Shown: positions 9,341-19,621 of the stretch, piece by piece
How positions within the stretch are numbered: position 1 is the first letter of the stretch
Layout: every line of letters begins with the position of its first letter
Source of the DNA: Candidatus Cloacimonadales bacterium
Lineage (GTDB): Bacteria > Cloacimonadota > Cloacimonadia > Cloacimonadales > JAFGVF01
Reading direction: 5' to 3'
NCBI GenBank assembly: GCA_963678315.1
Contig: OY782781.1
Location: 1,088,001 to 1,152,000 of the forward strand
Length of the DNA stretch: 64,000 bases
Notes under the pieces: model-generated
The model's database searches: none
The model's input: the letters and a program-made list of their open reading frames with translations, nothing else
What the model was told of the DNA's origin: nothing
Translations under genes and position numbers: made by a program

Positions 9341-11164
9341 TTATAGGTGTCTTTTAATTGATTCAATGAGCTCGAATTGATTGATTGGTTTGCCAATATA
9401 GTCATCACAACCTGCATTTATGCAGATACCTTTATCTTCAGCTAGAATATTAGCTGTTTGCGCTATGATAGGAGTAACTATTCCTAAAGCCCTTATCTCC
9501 TTGGTAGCATCTATACCTGACATTTTGGGCATCTGGATATCCATTAAAATTGCATCATAGATAAACATAGAAGCCTTCTCGACAGCTTCAAGTCCATCAA
9601 CTGCTCTTTCAACTATGGCACCTTGCTTATCTAACATTTTCTTTATTATGATGTAGTTGAATTTTATATCTTCTGCTACAAGTATCTTAATGTCTTTTAA
9701 TTGTAGGTCAGGGTTTGCCTCTTTTGCTTTAGGCAATGTATCAACTATTTCAACAGATGAGGATATTTTAAAAGAAATGATATTACCATAAGCTTGGTCA
9801 TTATCAATTTTCAAGCCACTACCGATTACTTGTCCAAGTTTGTTCAAAAGAGAATAAGTAAAAGATTGAGGATTCGCTATTTCATTAGAAAAGTTAATGT
9901 TAGAGGAAAGAGCTTTGTGAATAATTTCACTATCAATAGCTTGACCATTATCCTTTATGATTATATTAACCCCTGAATTGATTTCAGTAACATAATTAAT
10001 GGTAATCTTGCCATAATCCATTCTTTTATATGCTTGTAGAACTAATTTCTTTAATAGCAAAGCTATTTTGTCATAATCTGAAACGATGAATATCTTCTTA
10101 CTTCCATCATTCTCAATTCTTAGATCAATCTTCTTTTTATTGATATTTTTAAAATAGTGTTGGACATTTTTAAGAACAGATGATAAGTCAAAGTTAGTAT
10201 AATTTAGTTTAAATGAATCGGTTTCTGTCTTGGAATGGAGGCTTATCTCTTCAATCAAATCTAGTAGTTCTGCACCGCTATCATGTATTTGAGAAAGATC
10301 CGTTTTACATTCTTGTGATATATCATCCTTGTGTAGCAATAGACTTGATAGTCCAATAATTGAGTTTAGTGGAGTTCTTGTATGATGAGACATGTTTTTT
10401 AAGAAGATTTGCTGTAACTCATTTGCCTTCTTCTCTTTTGAATAGGAAACTTTAAGCTCTTTAGTCTTCTCTTCTATCTTTCTATCAAGTTCAATGTTGG
10501 AATTAATCAACAAGTCATTTTTGTCTTCAACTTCTAGTTTTAAAAAGAACTCGTACAATCTATGATATTCAGTAGAATAAGAATTAACAATGAGCATGAT
10601 TAAAGTTGAATAGAAGTATAGATGATTCAGAATTATTAAGTAAGGAGATATGTTAGCATTCATGATTGTAATTTCGAAACCAATAATGAATAGTAAAGAT
10701 CCTACTAGACAGTTGATAAATGATTGCCGGAAAAATACATTTGCTACCAATACAACAATATAGAAACCAAAGAAATAATAGCTTTTATAAATAGTATTAC
10801 TGTACATTATCATAAGCAATATTGAATATCCTGCAGTCAATACAGTAATTCCAATTATTTTATCCCCTAGCTTATTAAAGAAATTATAAAAGGAAGCAAT
10901 AAAGCTTCCAAGACCTAGAAGCATACCAATTATAACTCTTGCTAATACTGCATACCAAAAAATATCATTGATTATAAAGTAATCAGAAATACTAAAGAGC
11001 ATATAAATCACAACAGAAATGATAAGAGCTACTCTGCCGTTTTTAACAAAAGCATCAACTTGTGATTCATGGTACTTATGTTGAATCTGTTTATCTTCAA
11101 ATCTCAGTAACAACTTATTTATTTTAAACTCGTTAGTGAACAATTTTTTGTATAGCGTATTCAT
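9341..11164 (-). CDS. Membrane hybrid sensor kinase-response regulator with degenerate HATPase domain
   Basis: About 6 hydrophobic helices; H-box SHHTRTPLN; receiver motifs LVAED, LMDIQMP, QTA, KP. Confidence 0.85.
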   Translation of the reverse strand: MNTLYKKLFTNEFKINKLLLRFEDKQIQHKYHESQVDAFVKNGRVALIISVVIYMLFSISDYFIINDIFWYAVLARVIIGMLLGLGSFIASFYNFFNKLGDKIIGITVLTAGYSILLMIMYSNTIYKSYYFFGFYIVVLVANVFFRQSFINCLVGSLLFIIGFEITIMNANISPYLIILNHLYFYSTLIMLIVNSYSTEYHRLYEFFLKLEVEDKNDLLINSNIELDRKIEEKTKELKVSYSKEKKANELQQIFLKNMSHHTRTPLNSIIGLSSLLLHKDDISQECKTDLSQIHDSGAELLDLIEEISLHSKTETDSFKLNYTNFDLSSVLKNVQHYFKNINKKKIDLRIENDGSKKIFIVSDYDKIALLLKKLVLQAYKRMDYGKITINYVTEINSGVNIIIKDNGQAIDSEIIHKALSSNINFSNEIANPQSFTYSLLNKLGQVIGSGLKIDNDQAYGNIISFKISSSVEIVDTLPKAKEANPDLQLKDIKILVAEDIKFNYIIIKKMLDKQGAIVERAVDGLEAVEKASMFIYDAILMDIQMPKMSGIDATKEIRALGIVTPIIAQTANILAEDKGICINAGCDDYIGKPINQFELIESIKRHL

Positions 11165-11324
11165 AACAAAATAATGTCTTAATTATTTTATTTGGCAAGA
11201 TATTTTTTAGATAAAAATTGTAGTTTTGTTAGAAAAAGAGAACTCCAAGCCAATTGAAGTTCTCTCTATATTCTATACTGAGAAAGATAATTCTCCCAAT
11301 ATTTATGTATTTTGATTGTATAAT

Positions 11325-13589
11325 TTATCCAATTACCATCATTACTTCATCTTTACCAACAGAGTCACCTGCTGATTTAGTTAATTGTAATACTTTACCA
11401 CTAACTGGTGCTGGAATATTATTCTCCATCTTCATAGCTTCAAGAACCATTACAGTATCACCTTTGTTAACTGTATCTCCAACAGCTACTTTATAAGACA
11501 TAACCATGCCTGGCATTGGAGCTTTTAAAGGAGTACCTTGAGTACTTGGTGCAGGAGCAGGACTAGCTACAGGAGCGCTTTGAGTTTTCTCTGCTACAGG
11601 CTTTGCTTCTGGAATAGGTGCAGCTTCTTGACTGATAACCATAAGCACTTCATCTTTAGCAACTGAATCTCCACCACTCTTAGGGAGGGATTTAACTATT
11701 CCATCACATGGAGCAGGAATGTTATTTTCCATCTTCATAGCTTCAAGTATAAGAACAGTATCACCTTTCTTAACATGATCACCAACAGCTACCTTGTATG
11801 ACATTACCATACCTGGCATAGGAGACTTAATTACTTGTTCTGATCCAGCAACAGGAGGTGCTGCAACAGGACTAGGAGCAGGACTTGTTTTTGGTGCTAC
11901 AGCTTTAGTTGGAACAGGTCTAGTCACTTGTGGACTTGCAGGAATAGCTGTCATTCCACCTTCAGCATTAACCTCAACCTTGAAATATTCATCATCAACA
12001 TAAACATTGAATGTTCTTAGGTCTGCTGGTTTTTCTGGAGCTACTGCTTTGTTAGTTAATTCACCTGCAAGAGCTTTTCTAACTAATTCTGCATCAGCTT
12101 CAACTTGATCCATTGTTCTAGGCTTAACATCAGCTGGAGCTTCTTTTAACCCATATTTCCATTCTAAGAAACGTTTACCAGTTACAGGGTATAAAGCAAC
12201 GATTAATTCATCATCAATATCTTTTGCTAAACCTTTCACTGATTCTTGAACTGCAGGAAGTTCTGCTTCAAGAATAGCACCAGGTCTAACTGTTATTGGT
12301 TCTTGACCTCTAGGGTATTTATCAAGCGCTTTAGCTCTAACATCAGGATTCATAGCCAGAGTTGTTTTTCCATATAAGCCGAAGCAAAGGTCTTTAACTT
12401 GTTCAGTAATACGGCTGTATTTTTCTCCATCATTATCAAATAAAACATTGTTTACTGTTTGAATACCGACAATCTGACTTGTAGGTGTAACTAAAGGAAC
12501 AGTTCCCAAGTCTTTTCTAATAGCAGGGAGTTCTTCAAATACTTTATCGAGTTTGTCGAGTGCACCCATTTGACGTAATTGATTAACTAAATTAGAAAGC
12601 ATTCCACCTGGTGTTTGGTGAATTATAACTTCAGGGTCTATCACCGAGAACTTAGTATCATTAGCAATATGTTTATATTTAGGAATAAACTTCTCAATCT
12701 CTTTACCAATTTCACTAAGAAGCTTAATGTCCATACCAGTATCTCTATTGGTTCCTAAAAGAGAAACTACTATAGGTTCAACTGCAGCATGAGAAGTTCT
12801 ATAAGCGAAAGGAGACATACATGTGTCTATTATATCAACACCTGCTTCAATAGCTTTAAATATAGCTAAATCACCCATTCCTGATGTGAAATGAGTATGT
12901 AAATGAATAGGTACGTCAACAGTCTCTTTCAGTGCTTTAATTAAGTTATAAGCATCATAAGGTGAAACCAAACCTGCCATATCCTTGATACAGATTGAGT
13001 CAACACCAAGTTTATCTAGTTCTTTAGCTTTATTAATATAATAATCAAGATTATAAACATCTCCACCCATTCTCATTTCTGTTAGTGAATAGCAGATTGT
13101 GCCTTGGAAGTGTTTACCATTCTTCTTGATAATTCTATGTGCAACTTCAAAGTTCCTAAAGTCATTCAATGCATCGAATACTCTAAATATATCAATACCA
13201 TTGTCACAAGCTCTTTGAACAAAAGCTTCCACAACATCATCTGCATAGTTACGATAACCTACGAGATTTTGTCCACGAAGAAGCATAGAGAATTTTGTCT
13301 TTTTTATATATTTCTTGAGAGTTCTAATTCTTTCCCAAGGATCTTCATTTAAGAAACGATGCATAACATCGAATGTAGCTCCGCCCCAAACTTCCATGGA
13401 ATAGAAGCCAGCTTGGTCCATCTTTTCTGCTACTTTAATTAAGTCTTCAGTTCTACCTCTGGTTGCAAAGATAGATTGGTGTCCATCTCTGAATGAAACA
13501 TCTTGAATCTTGATTGGATTAGATGCTTTAGGACGATTAACGTCATAATTCATCTTAGTCATTTCTACTGTGCCATGTTTATCAAACAT
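11325..13589 (-). CDS. Pyruvate/oxaloacetate carboxyltransferase (transcarboxylase 5S/PycB/OadA-like) fused to two biotin-carrier domains
   Basis: RDGHQS, EVWGGATFD, IKDMAG, HTH, PGGMLSNL, VTPTSQIVG; two EAMKMEN motifs; ATG at 13589 after GGAGG. Confidence 0.9.
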   Translation of the reverse strand: MFDKHGTVEMTKMNYDVNRPKASNPIKIQDVSFRDGHQSIFATRGRTEDLIKVAEKMDQAGFYSMEVWGGATFDVMHRFLNEDPWERIRTLKKYIKKTKFSMLLRGQNLVGYRNYADDVVEAFVQRACDNGIDIFRVFDALNDFRNFEVAHRIIKKNGKHFQGTICYSLTEMRMGGDVYNLDYYINKAKELDKLGVDSICIKDMAGLVSPYDAYNLIKALKETVDVPIHLHTHFTSGMGDLAIFKAIEAGVDIIDTCMSPFAYRTSHAAVEPIVVSLLGTNRDTGMDIKLLSEIGKEIEKFIPKYKHIANDTKFSVIDPEVIIHQTPGGMLSNLVNQLRQMGALDKLDKVFEELPAIRKDLGTVPLVTPTSQIVGIQTVNNVLFDNDGEKYSRITEQVKDLCFGLYGKTTLAMNPDVRAKALDKYPRGQEPITVRPGAILEAELPAVQESVKGLAKDIDDELIVALYPVTGKRFLEWKYGLKEAPADVKPRTMDQVEADAELVRKALAGELTNKAVAPEKPADLRTFNVYVDDEYFKVEVNAEGGMTAIPASPQVTRPVPTKAVAPKTSPAPSPVAAPPVAGSEQVIKSPMPGMVMSYKVAVGDHVKKGDTVLILEAMKMENNIPAPCDGIVKSLPKSGGDSVAKDEVLMVISQEAAPIPEAKPVAEKTQSAPVASPAPAPSTQGTPLKAPMPGMVMSYKVAVGDTVNKGDTVMVLEAMKMENNIPAPVSGKVLQLTKSAGDSVGKDEVMMVIG

Positions 13590-13610
13590 TATTACCTCCA
13601 TTAAAAGGTT

Positions 13611-13808
13611 TTATCTTCTTATTAATCTTCTTTGCATTAATTGCCCATTACTCATAGTATGTTGTCTACCATAAGAAGCCCAAACAGAAAAGTTATTTCT
13701 TGTTGCTTGCATAGGCTGGTTATTAGAAACTATTTGCTTCTCTTCTTCTAAATATTGGATAACACCGCTTAAAGCTGCTACCATTTTTTTCTTTTTATCT
13801 ACTGTCAT
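13611..13808 (-). CDS. Small carboxylase accessory subunit (epsilon/gamma-like)
   Basis: 65 aa between the two carboxyltransferase genes; VAALSGVIQYL..SVWASYGR pattern. Confidence 0.6.
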   Translation of the reverse strand: MTVDKKKKMVAALSGVIQYLEEEKQIVSNNQPMQATRNNFSVWASYGRQHTMSNGQLMQRRLIRR

Positions 13809-13820
13809 ATCAACTCCCCA

Positions 13821-15374
13821 CTAAACTGGAAGGTTTCCATGTTTTTTAGGAGGTAAAGATTCACTCTTAGTAGAAAGTACTTCAAGAGCATCAATAAGTC
13901 TCATACGAGTCTCTCTAGGGTCGATAATGGCATCGATATAACCGCGAGAAGCTGCAACATAAGGATTATTAAATAGCTCTTCATATTCATGGATACATTC
14001 AGCACGTTTTGCTTCAGGATCTTCAGCATTATTAATATCTCTACGGTAGATGATATTAGCTGCACCTTTTGCTCCCATAACTGCGATTTCAGCTGTAGGC
14101 CATGCAAATACCATATCAGCACCAAGATGTCTAGAACTCATTGCGATGTAAGAACCACCGTAGTTTTTACGAGTTACAAGAGTTAATTTTGGAACTGTAG
14201 CTTCAGAATAAACCCATAAAAGCTTTGCACCGTGTCTAATAATACCACTATGTTCTTGATGTACACCAGGTAAATAACCAGGAACATCAACGATTGAAAG
14301 AATTGGAATATTGAAAGCATCACAGAATCTAATAAATCTAGAAGCTTTGTCAGAAGCATCAATATCAAGACATCCAGCTAGAACCATTGGTTGGTTAGCG
14401 ATAATACCTACTGAGCGACCGTTTAATCTAATGAATCCAATCACGATATTTTTAGCATAATATTCATGAGGCTCATAGAAGTGTCCATCATCAGCAATAC
14501 TTTGAATAATATCTTTAACGTCATAAGGTAATGTTGGAGAATCAGGTATGATAGAAGTTAATTCATCACACATTCTATTAGGAAGATCATTAGTTGCTAC
14601 TAATGGAGCTTCTTCCATATTATTATTTGGTAAGAAACTTAATAATTCTTTGATGCTATTAATTGCATCTTCATCAGTCTCACAAGCAAAGTGAGCAACA
14701 CCAGATGATTCATTATGTGCAATTGCGCCACCTAAACTTTCTTTATCAGTAACTTCACCTGTTACAGCTTTGATTACATCTGGACCTGTAATAAACATGA
14801 AAGAAGAATTCTTAACCATGTAGATGAAGTCTGTCATTGCTGGAGAATAAACTGCACCACCTGCACATGGACCCATAATACATGAGATTTGTGGTATTAC
14901 ACCAGAAGCTCTTGAGTTCCTAAAGAATATATCACCGTAGCCTTTTAAAGCATCGATACCTTCTTGAATTCTAGCACCACCTGAATCATTCATTCCAACA
15001 ACAGGAACTCCTGATTTCATTGCCATATCCATAACTTTAGTTATTTTTGCAGCGTGCATTTCTCCTAAAGAACCTGCTCTAGCTGTAAAATCTTGTGAAT
15101 ATGCAAAGACAGGTCTTCCATTAACAAGACCATGACCTGTGATTACACCATCTGAAGGAATATCTACTTTTTGCATTCCAAAATTAGTGCATCTGTGAGC
15201 AACAAATTTATCTACTTCTCTAAATGTACCAGCATCGAATAGAAGATTGATTCTTTCACGAGCTGAAAGTTTGCCTGAAGCATGTTGTTTAGCAACTTTA
15301 TCTGCTCCTCCCATCTCTTCTACTTTCGCTTCACGAGCCTTTAACTCCTGAATCTTTTGTAAGGTAGTTGACAT
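13821..15374 (-). CDS. Methylmalonyl-CoA/propionyl-CoA carboxyltransferase (12S/beta subunit)
   Basis: GKLSARERI, DSGGARIQEG, GPCAGGAVYSPA, DVPGYLPG, KKHGNLP. Confidence 0.93.
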   Translation of the reverse strand: MSTTLQKIQELKAREAKVEEMGGADKVAKQHASGKLSARERINLLFDAGTFREVDKFVAHRCTNFGMQKVDIPSDGVITGHGLVNGRPVFAYSQDFTARAGSLGEMHAAKITKVMDMAMKSGVPVVGMNDSGGARIQEGIDALKGYGDIFFRNSRASGVIPQISCIMGPCAGGAVYSPAMTDFIYMVKNSSFMFITGPDVIKAVTGEVTDKESLGGAIAHNESSGVAHFACETDEDAINSIKELLSFLPNNNMEEAPLVATNDLPNRMCDELTSIIPDSPTLPYDVKDIIQSIADDGHFYEPHEYYAKNIVIGFIRLNGRSVGIIANQPMVLAGCLDIDASDKASRFIRFCDAFNIPILSIVDVPGYLPGVHQEHSGIIRHGAKLLWVYSEATVPKLTLVTRKNYGGSYIAMSSRHLGADMVFAWPTAEIAVMGAKGAANIIYRRDINNAEDPEAKRAECIHEYEELFNNPYVAASRGYIDAIIDPRETRMRLIDALEVLSTKSESLPPKKHGNLPV

Positions 15375-15525
15375 AGCATCTCCTCTAATATATATTTTTT
15401 ACTTGAATTTTATTCATTATGTAATTTTTATATAGCTGATTATATTAGGCAAGTTTTTTTTTAACAAGCATTTTATGGAAACAGGGAAGGTAAAGAATAG
15501 AAGCCCTAGGAATAGTTAAACCTAG

Positions 15526-16209
15526 CCATGATTGAAATCATGGGCTTGGGCTACTACACCCCGATGAGGTAAAATGTATAATTGGATAATAGATTAATGG
15601 GATGATTTTATCCTTTTTCTATCCCGAAGGGATTAATTGTCCAAAGCCTAGCTTTTCAAAGCTAGGTTAAATGAATCCCCTCACCAGCATAGTCCTGAAA
15701 GGACTTCAAATGCCTTCTTTTAATCATTATGAAGAGATTAAGTCCCTTCAGGACTACAAATCTATCGGTGTTCTTTTACCCATGATTAAAATCATGGGCT
15801 TGGGCTCTACACCCCGATGAGGTAAAATGTATAATTGGATAATAGATTAATGGGATGATTTTATCCTTTGTTATCCCGAAGGGATTAATTGTCCAAAGCC
15901 TAGCTTTTCAAAGCTAGGTTAAATGAATCTCCTCACCAGCATAGTCCTGAAAGGACTTCAAATGCCTTCTTTTAATCATTATGAAGAGATTAAGTCCCTT
16001 CAGGACTACAAATCTATCGGTGTTCGTTTACCCATGATTAAAATCATGGGCTTGGGCTCTACACCCCGATGAGGTAAAATGTATAATTGGATAATAGATT
16101 AATGGGATGATTTTATCCTTTGTTATCCCGAAGGGATTAATTGTCCAAAGCCTAGCTTTTCAAAGCTAGGTTAAATGAATGCCCTCACCAGCATAGCCTG
16201 AAAGGACTT
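15526..16209. repeat. 252-bp tandem repeat (about 2.7 copies) built from REP-like palindromes, family A
   Basis: ATCCCGAAGGGATTAATT at 15621, 15873, 16125; hairpins CCTAGCTTTTCAAAGCTAGG, AGTCCTGAAAGGACT, CCCATGATTAAAATCATGGG. Confidence 0.93.
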
Positions 16210-16219
16210 TTATGACATT

Positions 16220-16672
16220 TTAATCCCATATATATTTTGGATTATAAGGTATTTTATATTGATTCAAAAATTTAGTAAGTTCATTTTTAAAATCTGTTCT
16301 TTTATGATGTTCTTTCTGATTGCTAATATACTCAACAACTAAACTTACATCCTGTGGCTTGATTGAAAATGCTCCATAACCACTTTGCCAATTAAAATGA
16401 TAGTTCAATGTAAAAGTAACATTGACCCATTTTGATGTTGAGCCTTTCAAACGCTTCATGAAATCTGATAATGAATAATTTTTAGATAGTTCACATAAAA
16501 TATGAATATGGTCTGTGAAACCACCAATTTTGATTAGTTTTGAATCTAAAGATTTAATAATTCTACCTATATATTTATAGAGCTGTTCTTCAATCTCTGG
16601 TGTAATTGTATTTAATCGGTTCTTAGTACTAAACACAATATGTCGATAGTTTTTTACTAGTGATTGCCCCAT
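16220..16672 (-). CDS. tnpA: IS200/IS605-like Y1 HUH transposase (TnpA/RAYT-like), no tnpB
   Basis: HIVFSTKNR, DHIHIL (HUH), LKGSTSKW, WQSGYGAFS, YISNQKEHH. Confidence 0.9.
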   Translation of the reverse strand: MGQSLVKNYRHIVFSTKNRLNTITPEIEEQLYKYIGRIIKSLDSKLIKIGGFTDHIHILCELSKNYSLSDFMKRLKGSTSKWVNVTFTLNYHFNWQSGYGAFSIKPQDVSLVVEYISNQKEHHKRTDFKNELTKFLNQYKIPYNPKYIWD

Positions 16673-16761
16673 AACCACTCCTTATATCTTTTAATGAACT
16701 CATGTAATATAATATATAATCGTAACTATTGTCAAATCATAAATAATTTTATTTTAGGAAA

Positions 16762-17043
16762 AAGTCCCTTCAGGACTACAAATCTATCGGTGTTCTTTTA
16801 CCCATGATTAAAATCATGGGCTTTGGATATTGTACCCCTTTGGGGTAAGATGAACATTTGATTACACACAAATAAATTCAATCTTTATTATCCTCGTTGG
16901 GGTTAAAATGAACAATTGGGTAATGTATAAACAGATTGATTGATTTACCTTTTTCTATCCCGAAGGGATTAATTGTCCAAAGCCTAGCTTTTCAAAGCTA
17001 GGTTAAATGAATCCCCTCACCAGCATAGTCCTGAAAGGACTTC
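16762..17043. repeat. Family A REP-like repeats between tnpA and dnaA
   Basis: Same AAGTCCCTTCAGGACTAC, CCCATGATTAAAATCATGGG and ATCCCGAAGGGAT..AGTCCTGAAAGGACTT modules as 15526-16209. Confidence 0.9.
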
Positions 17044-17055
17044 AAGTGCCAAAGT

Positions 17056-18402
17056 CTAGCTCTTCTTCAACTCCTTAATCAACGTCTCAATATCAACTCG
17101 CATATCATTGTCTGCGTTAAATTTGGCATCAATCATTTTCTTAGCATGAAGAACTGTTGTATGGTCTTTTCTATTAAAGAAGCTTGCAATTTCTTTTAAG
17201 GATAATTGTGGTATCAACAGACTGATAAGGTACATAGCAACTTGTCTAGGGAAGGCAATATTTTTCTTACGAGTTTTATCCATTATTTGTGAACGAGTAA
17301 TGTTGTAAAAAGAACAGACTTTATCAACGATAGAATCTTCTGTTATATCTTTAGGTCTATCAGAAATCATATCAGCAAGAATCTCTAAAACTAGTTCCTT
17401 ATCAACATCATTAGGATTCATCTTATTGTAGGAGGCATAAGCTAGGATTCTGATTAGAGAGCCTTCTAGAGCACGCACAGAACTAGAAATATTATCAGCA
17501 ATAAATTCAATGATTTGGTCATCTATATATATATTTTGATTTTCAGCCTTTTTCTTCAAAATAGCAATTCTAGTTTCAAAATCAGGATTCTTAAGGTCTG
17601 CGACTAATCCTGATTCAAAGCGAGTAACCAGTCTATTTTCTAAGTCAGGAATATCTTTAGGAGGTCTATCACTTGTTAGAATAATCTGCTTTCCTGCTGA
17701 AGATAGAGCATTAAAAGTATGGAAAAACTCTTCTTGAGTTCCCTCTTTCTTAGAAAGGAAGTGAATATCATCAACAAGGAGAACATCAACATGTCTAAAC
17801 TTCTGCCTAAATTGAATCATTCTATTCTTCTTGATTGATTCAATCATTTCATTGGTGAACTCTTCTGAACTGATGTAATAAACGATTTTGCTGTTATCAC
17901 AGTCTAGAATATACTGACCTGCTGCTTGCATGAGGTGAGTTTTTCCCATTCCAGATTCCCCGTAAATAAATAGAGGGTTGTAAGTCATACCTGGAGCTTC
18001 TGCTACTCCCATTGCTGCTGAGTAGGCAAAATTACTGTTCTTACCAACAACAAACTGATCAAATGTATAAAATTGATTTAACTTAGGTAATTGAGTCTTT
18101 TTAATAAGATTTTTTTGAATAGGTGTAAATGATTTTTGGCTTGAATCTGTAGTTGAATTAGAGAATATAACTTCGAATTTTTGACCATATATGTTAAAAG
18201 CCAGCTCCGTGATTATCTGCATATAATTACTTTTTATAAAATCTGCAGCTACTTTAGTTGGAACTAATATGTGCAAGCGATTACCTTCTATTTTTGCAAG
18301 GTGTGTTTCGCTAAACCAAGTCTTAAAACTCTGTTCTTGTATATGATCTTCTAACTCATCTAATATGTTTTGCCAAATATCTTGATCCATTCTTACCTTC
18401 AT
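17056..18402 (-). CDS. dnaA: Chromosomal replication initiator DnaA
   Basis: YNPLFIYGESGMGKTHL, LLVDDIHF, QEEFFHTFN, RQVAMYL, DHTTVLHA. Confidence 0.98.
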   Translation of the reverse strand: MKVRMDQDIWQNILDELEDHIQEQSFKTWFSETHLAKIEGNRLHILVPTKVAADFIKSNYMQIITELAFNIYGQKFEVIFSNSTTDSSQKSFTPIQKNLIKKTQLPKLNQFYTFDQFVVGKNSNFAYSAAMGVAEAPGMTYNPLFIYGESGMGKTHLMQAAGQYILDCDNSKIVYYISSEEFTNEMIESIKKNRMIQFRQKFRHVDVLLVDDIHFLSKKEGTQEEFFHTFNALSSAGKQIILTSDRPPKDIPDLENRLVTRFESGLVADLKNPDFETRIAILKKKAENQNIYIDDQIIEFIADNISSSVRALEGSLIRILAYASYNKMNPNDVDKELVLEILADMISDRPKDITEDSIVDKVCSFYNITRSQIMDKTRKKNIAFPRQVAMYLISLLIPQLSLKEIASFFNRKDHTTVLHAKKMIDAKFNADNDMRVDIETLIKELKKS

Positions 18403-18780
18403 TATTCAAATTTATGTTTATTTAAGCGTGCTTGCATTAGATTTTATTTGTATGAATATGAAAAATTCCCCTTTCCATATCGTCATATAGTATATTAGTA
18501 CTTATCCACAATTTTGCTTTGTTGCTAAATAATAATAACTTACACATTTTTACTAATGCAATAGGATAAATTTATATAGGTCTCACAACTTGTCAAGCGC
18601 TGAAAATCAAGTTAAAGAAGTAGTGAAAAAGACCTCTTACTCAAATTCTAGTAACTTATCCACATTCTTACACAATACAAAAAACACAATCTAGAGCTAT
18701 AACTAACTGTTAAATATGTACTTGCTATTTGGCAAAAAAATATTGGTACTCAAGCTTCTAGCTTGATAAATAATGTTCAA
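18403..18780. promoter_or_regulatory. Putative oriC / dnaA promoter region
   Basis: Perfect DnaA boxes TTATCCACA at 18502-18510 and 18656-18664; AT-rich; genes from 5.4 to 18.4 kb point left and the rRNA operon points right. Confidence 0.7.
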
Positions 18781-18786
18781 AAGTAA

Positions 18787-19108
18787 AACCCCGAAGGGGT
18801 GGCATATATTAAGCCTGGATCTTGTACCCCATGTAACATGATATAAATGATTTGAGTCCCGAAGGGACGGCATAATGTTTAATCCAGAATGATTATTATG
18901 TATTAGTCCCGAAGGGGCGACATAAATTAAGCCAGGGCTGTGTCCTGCTTTGACTGAGTCTGGTACCCCATGTATGTTCGCAAAGCCTGAATCTTAAAAA
19001 CCCCAAAGGGGTGGCATATACTAAGCATGGGGTCTTGTACCCCATGTGGGGGATTGCACCCCATGTATTAGAGTTAGAGAAGTACCTAGCCCTGAAAGGG
19101 CGACATAA
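18787..19108. repeat. Family B REP-like repeats upstream of tnpA
   Basis: Repeated CCCCGAAGGGGTGGCATA / CCCTGAAAGGGCGACATAA and ACCCCATGT modules. Confidence 0.9.
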
Positions 19109-19161
19109 AACTTGACAATATAACTATTTGAATTTTTTATATAAACTACTAGGAGGTAAAA

Positions 19162-19614
19162 ATGGGGCAATCGTTAGTAGTATCTTATTTCCACTTTGTA
19201 TTTAGTACAAAAAATAGGCACAACTCTATTAATGCAGATTTAGAACTTGAGCTTTATCCATACATAATCTCAATTACAAAAGAGCTAAAGTCGGATGTAA
19301 TAGCAATCGGTGGTTATTCTAACCATATACATATACTATGTCAATTATCAAAAAATATTTCAGTTTCCGAATATATCAGAAAGATTAAATCAAACACATC
19401 AAACTGGATTAACAAGAAAGATTTCCTACGATATCGTTTTAAATGGCAGACGGGTTATGGTGCTTTTACTGTACGTCCTTATGATCTAGATGTGATAATT
19501 AAATATATACATAATCAAAAAAAACATCATAAGAATATAAGTTTTGAAGATGAATTGATGAGCTTTGTTAAAAGCTACAAAATAGACTATGATGAACGTT
19601 ATATTTGGGAATAA
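19162..19614 (+). CDS. tnpA: IS200/IS605-like Y1 HUH transposase (TnpA/RAYT-like), no tnpB
   Basis: HFVFSTKNR, NHIHIL, WQTGYGAFT, YIHNQKKHH; paralog of 16220-16672. Confidence 0.9.
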   Translation: MGQSLVVSYFHFVFSTKNRHNSINADLELELYPYIISITKELKSDVIAIGGYSNHIHILCQLSKNISVSEYIRKIKSNTSNWINKKDFLRYRFKWQTGYGAFTVRPYDLDVIIKYIHNQKKHHKNISFEDELMSFVKSYKIDYDERYIWE

Positions 19615-19621
19615 TGTTAAC

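Noticed and set aside
11325..13589. Na+-pumping oxaloacetate decarboxylase (oadA) call
   Set aside because: No membrane beta subunit is adjacent and the partner is an acyl-CoA carboxyltransferase, so no gene symbol was assigned
16220..19614. IS605-type elements with TnpB and omega-RNA
   Set aside because: No tnpB or iscB ORF lies next to either tnpA
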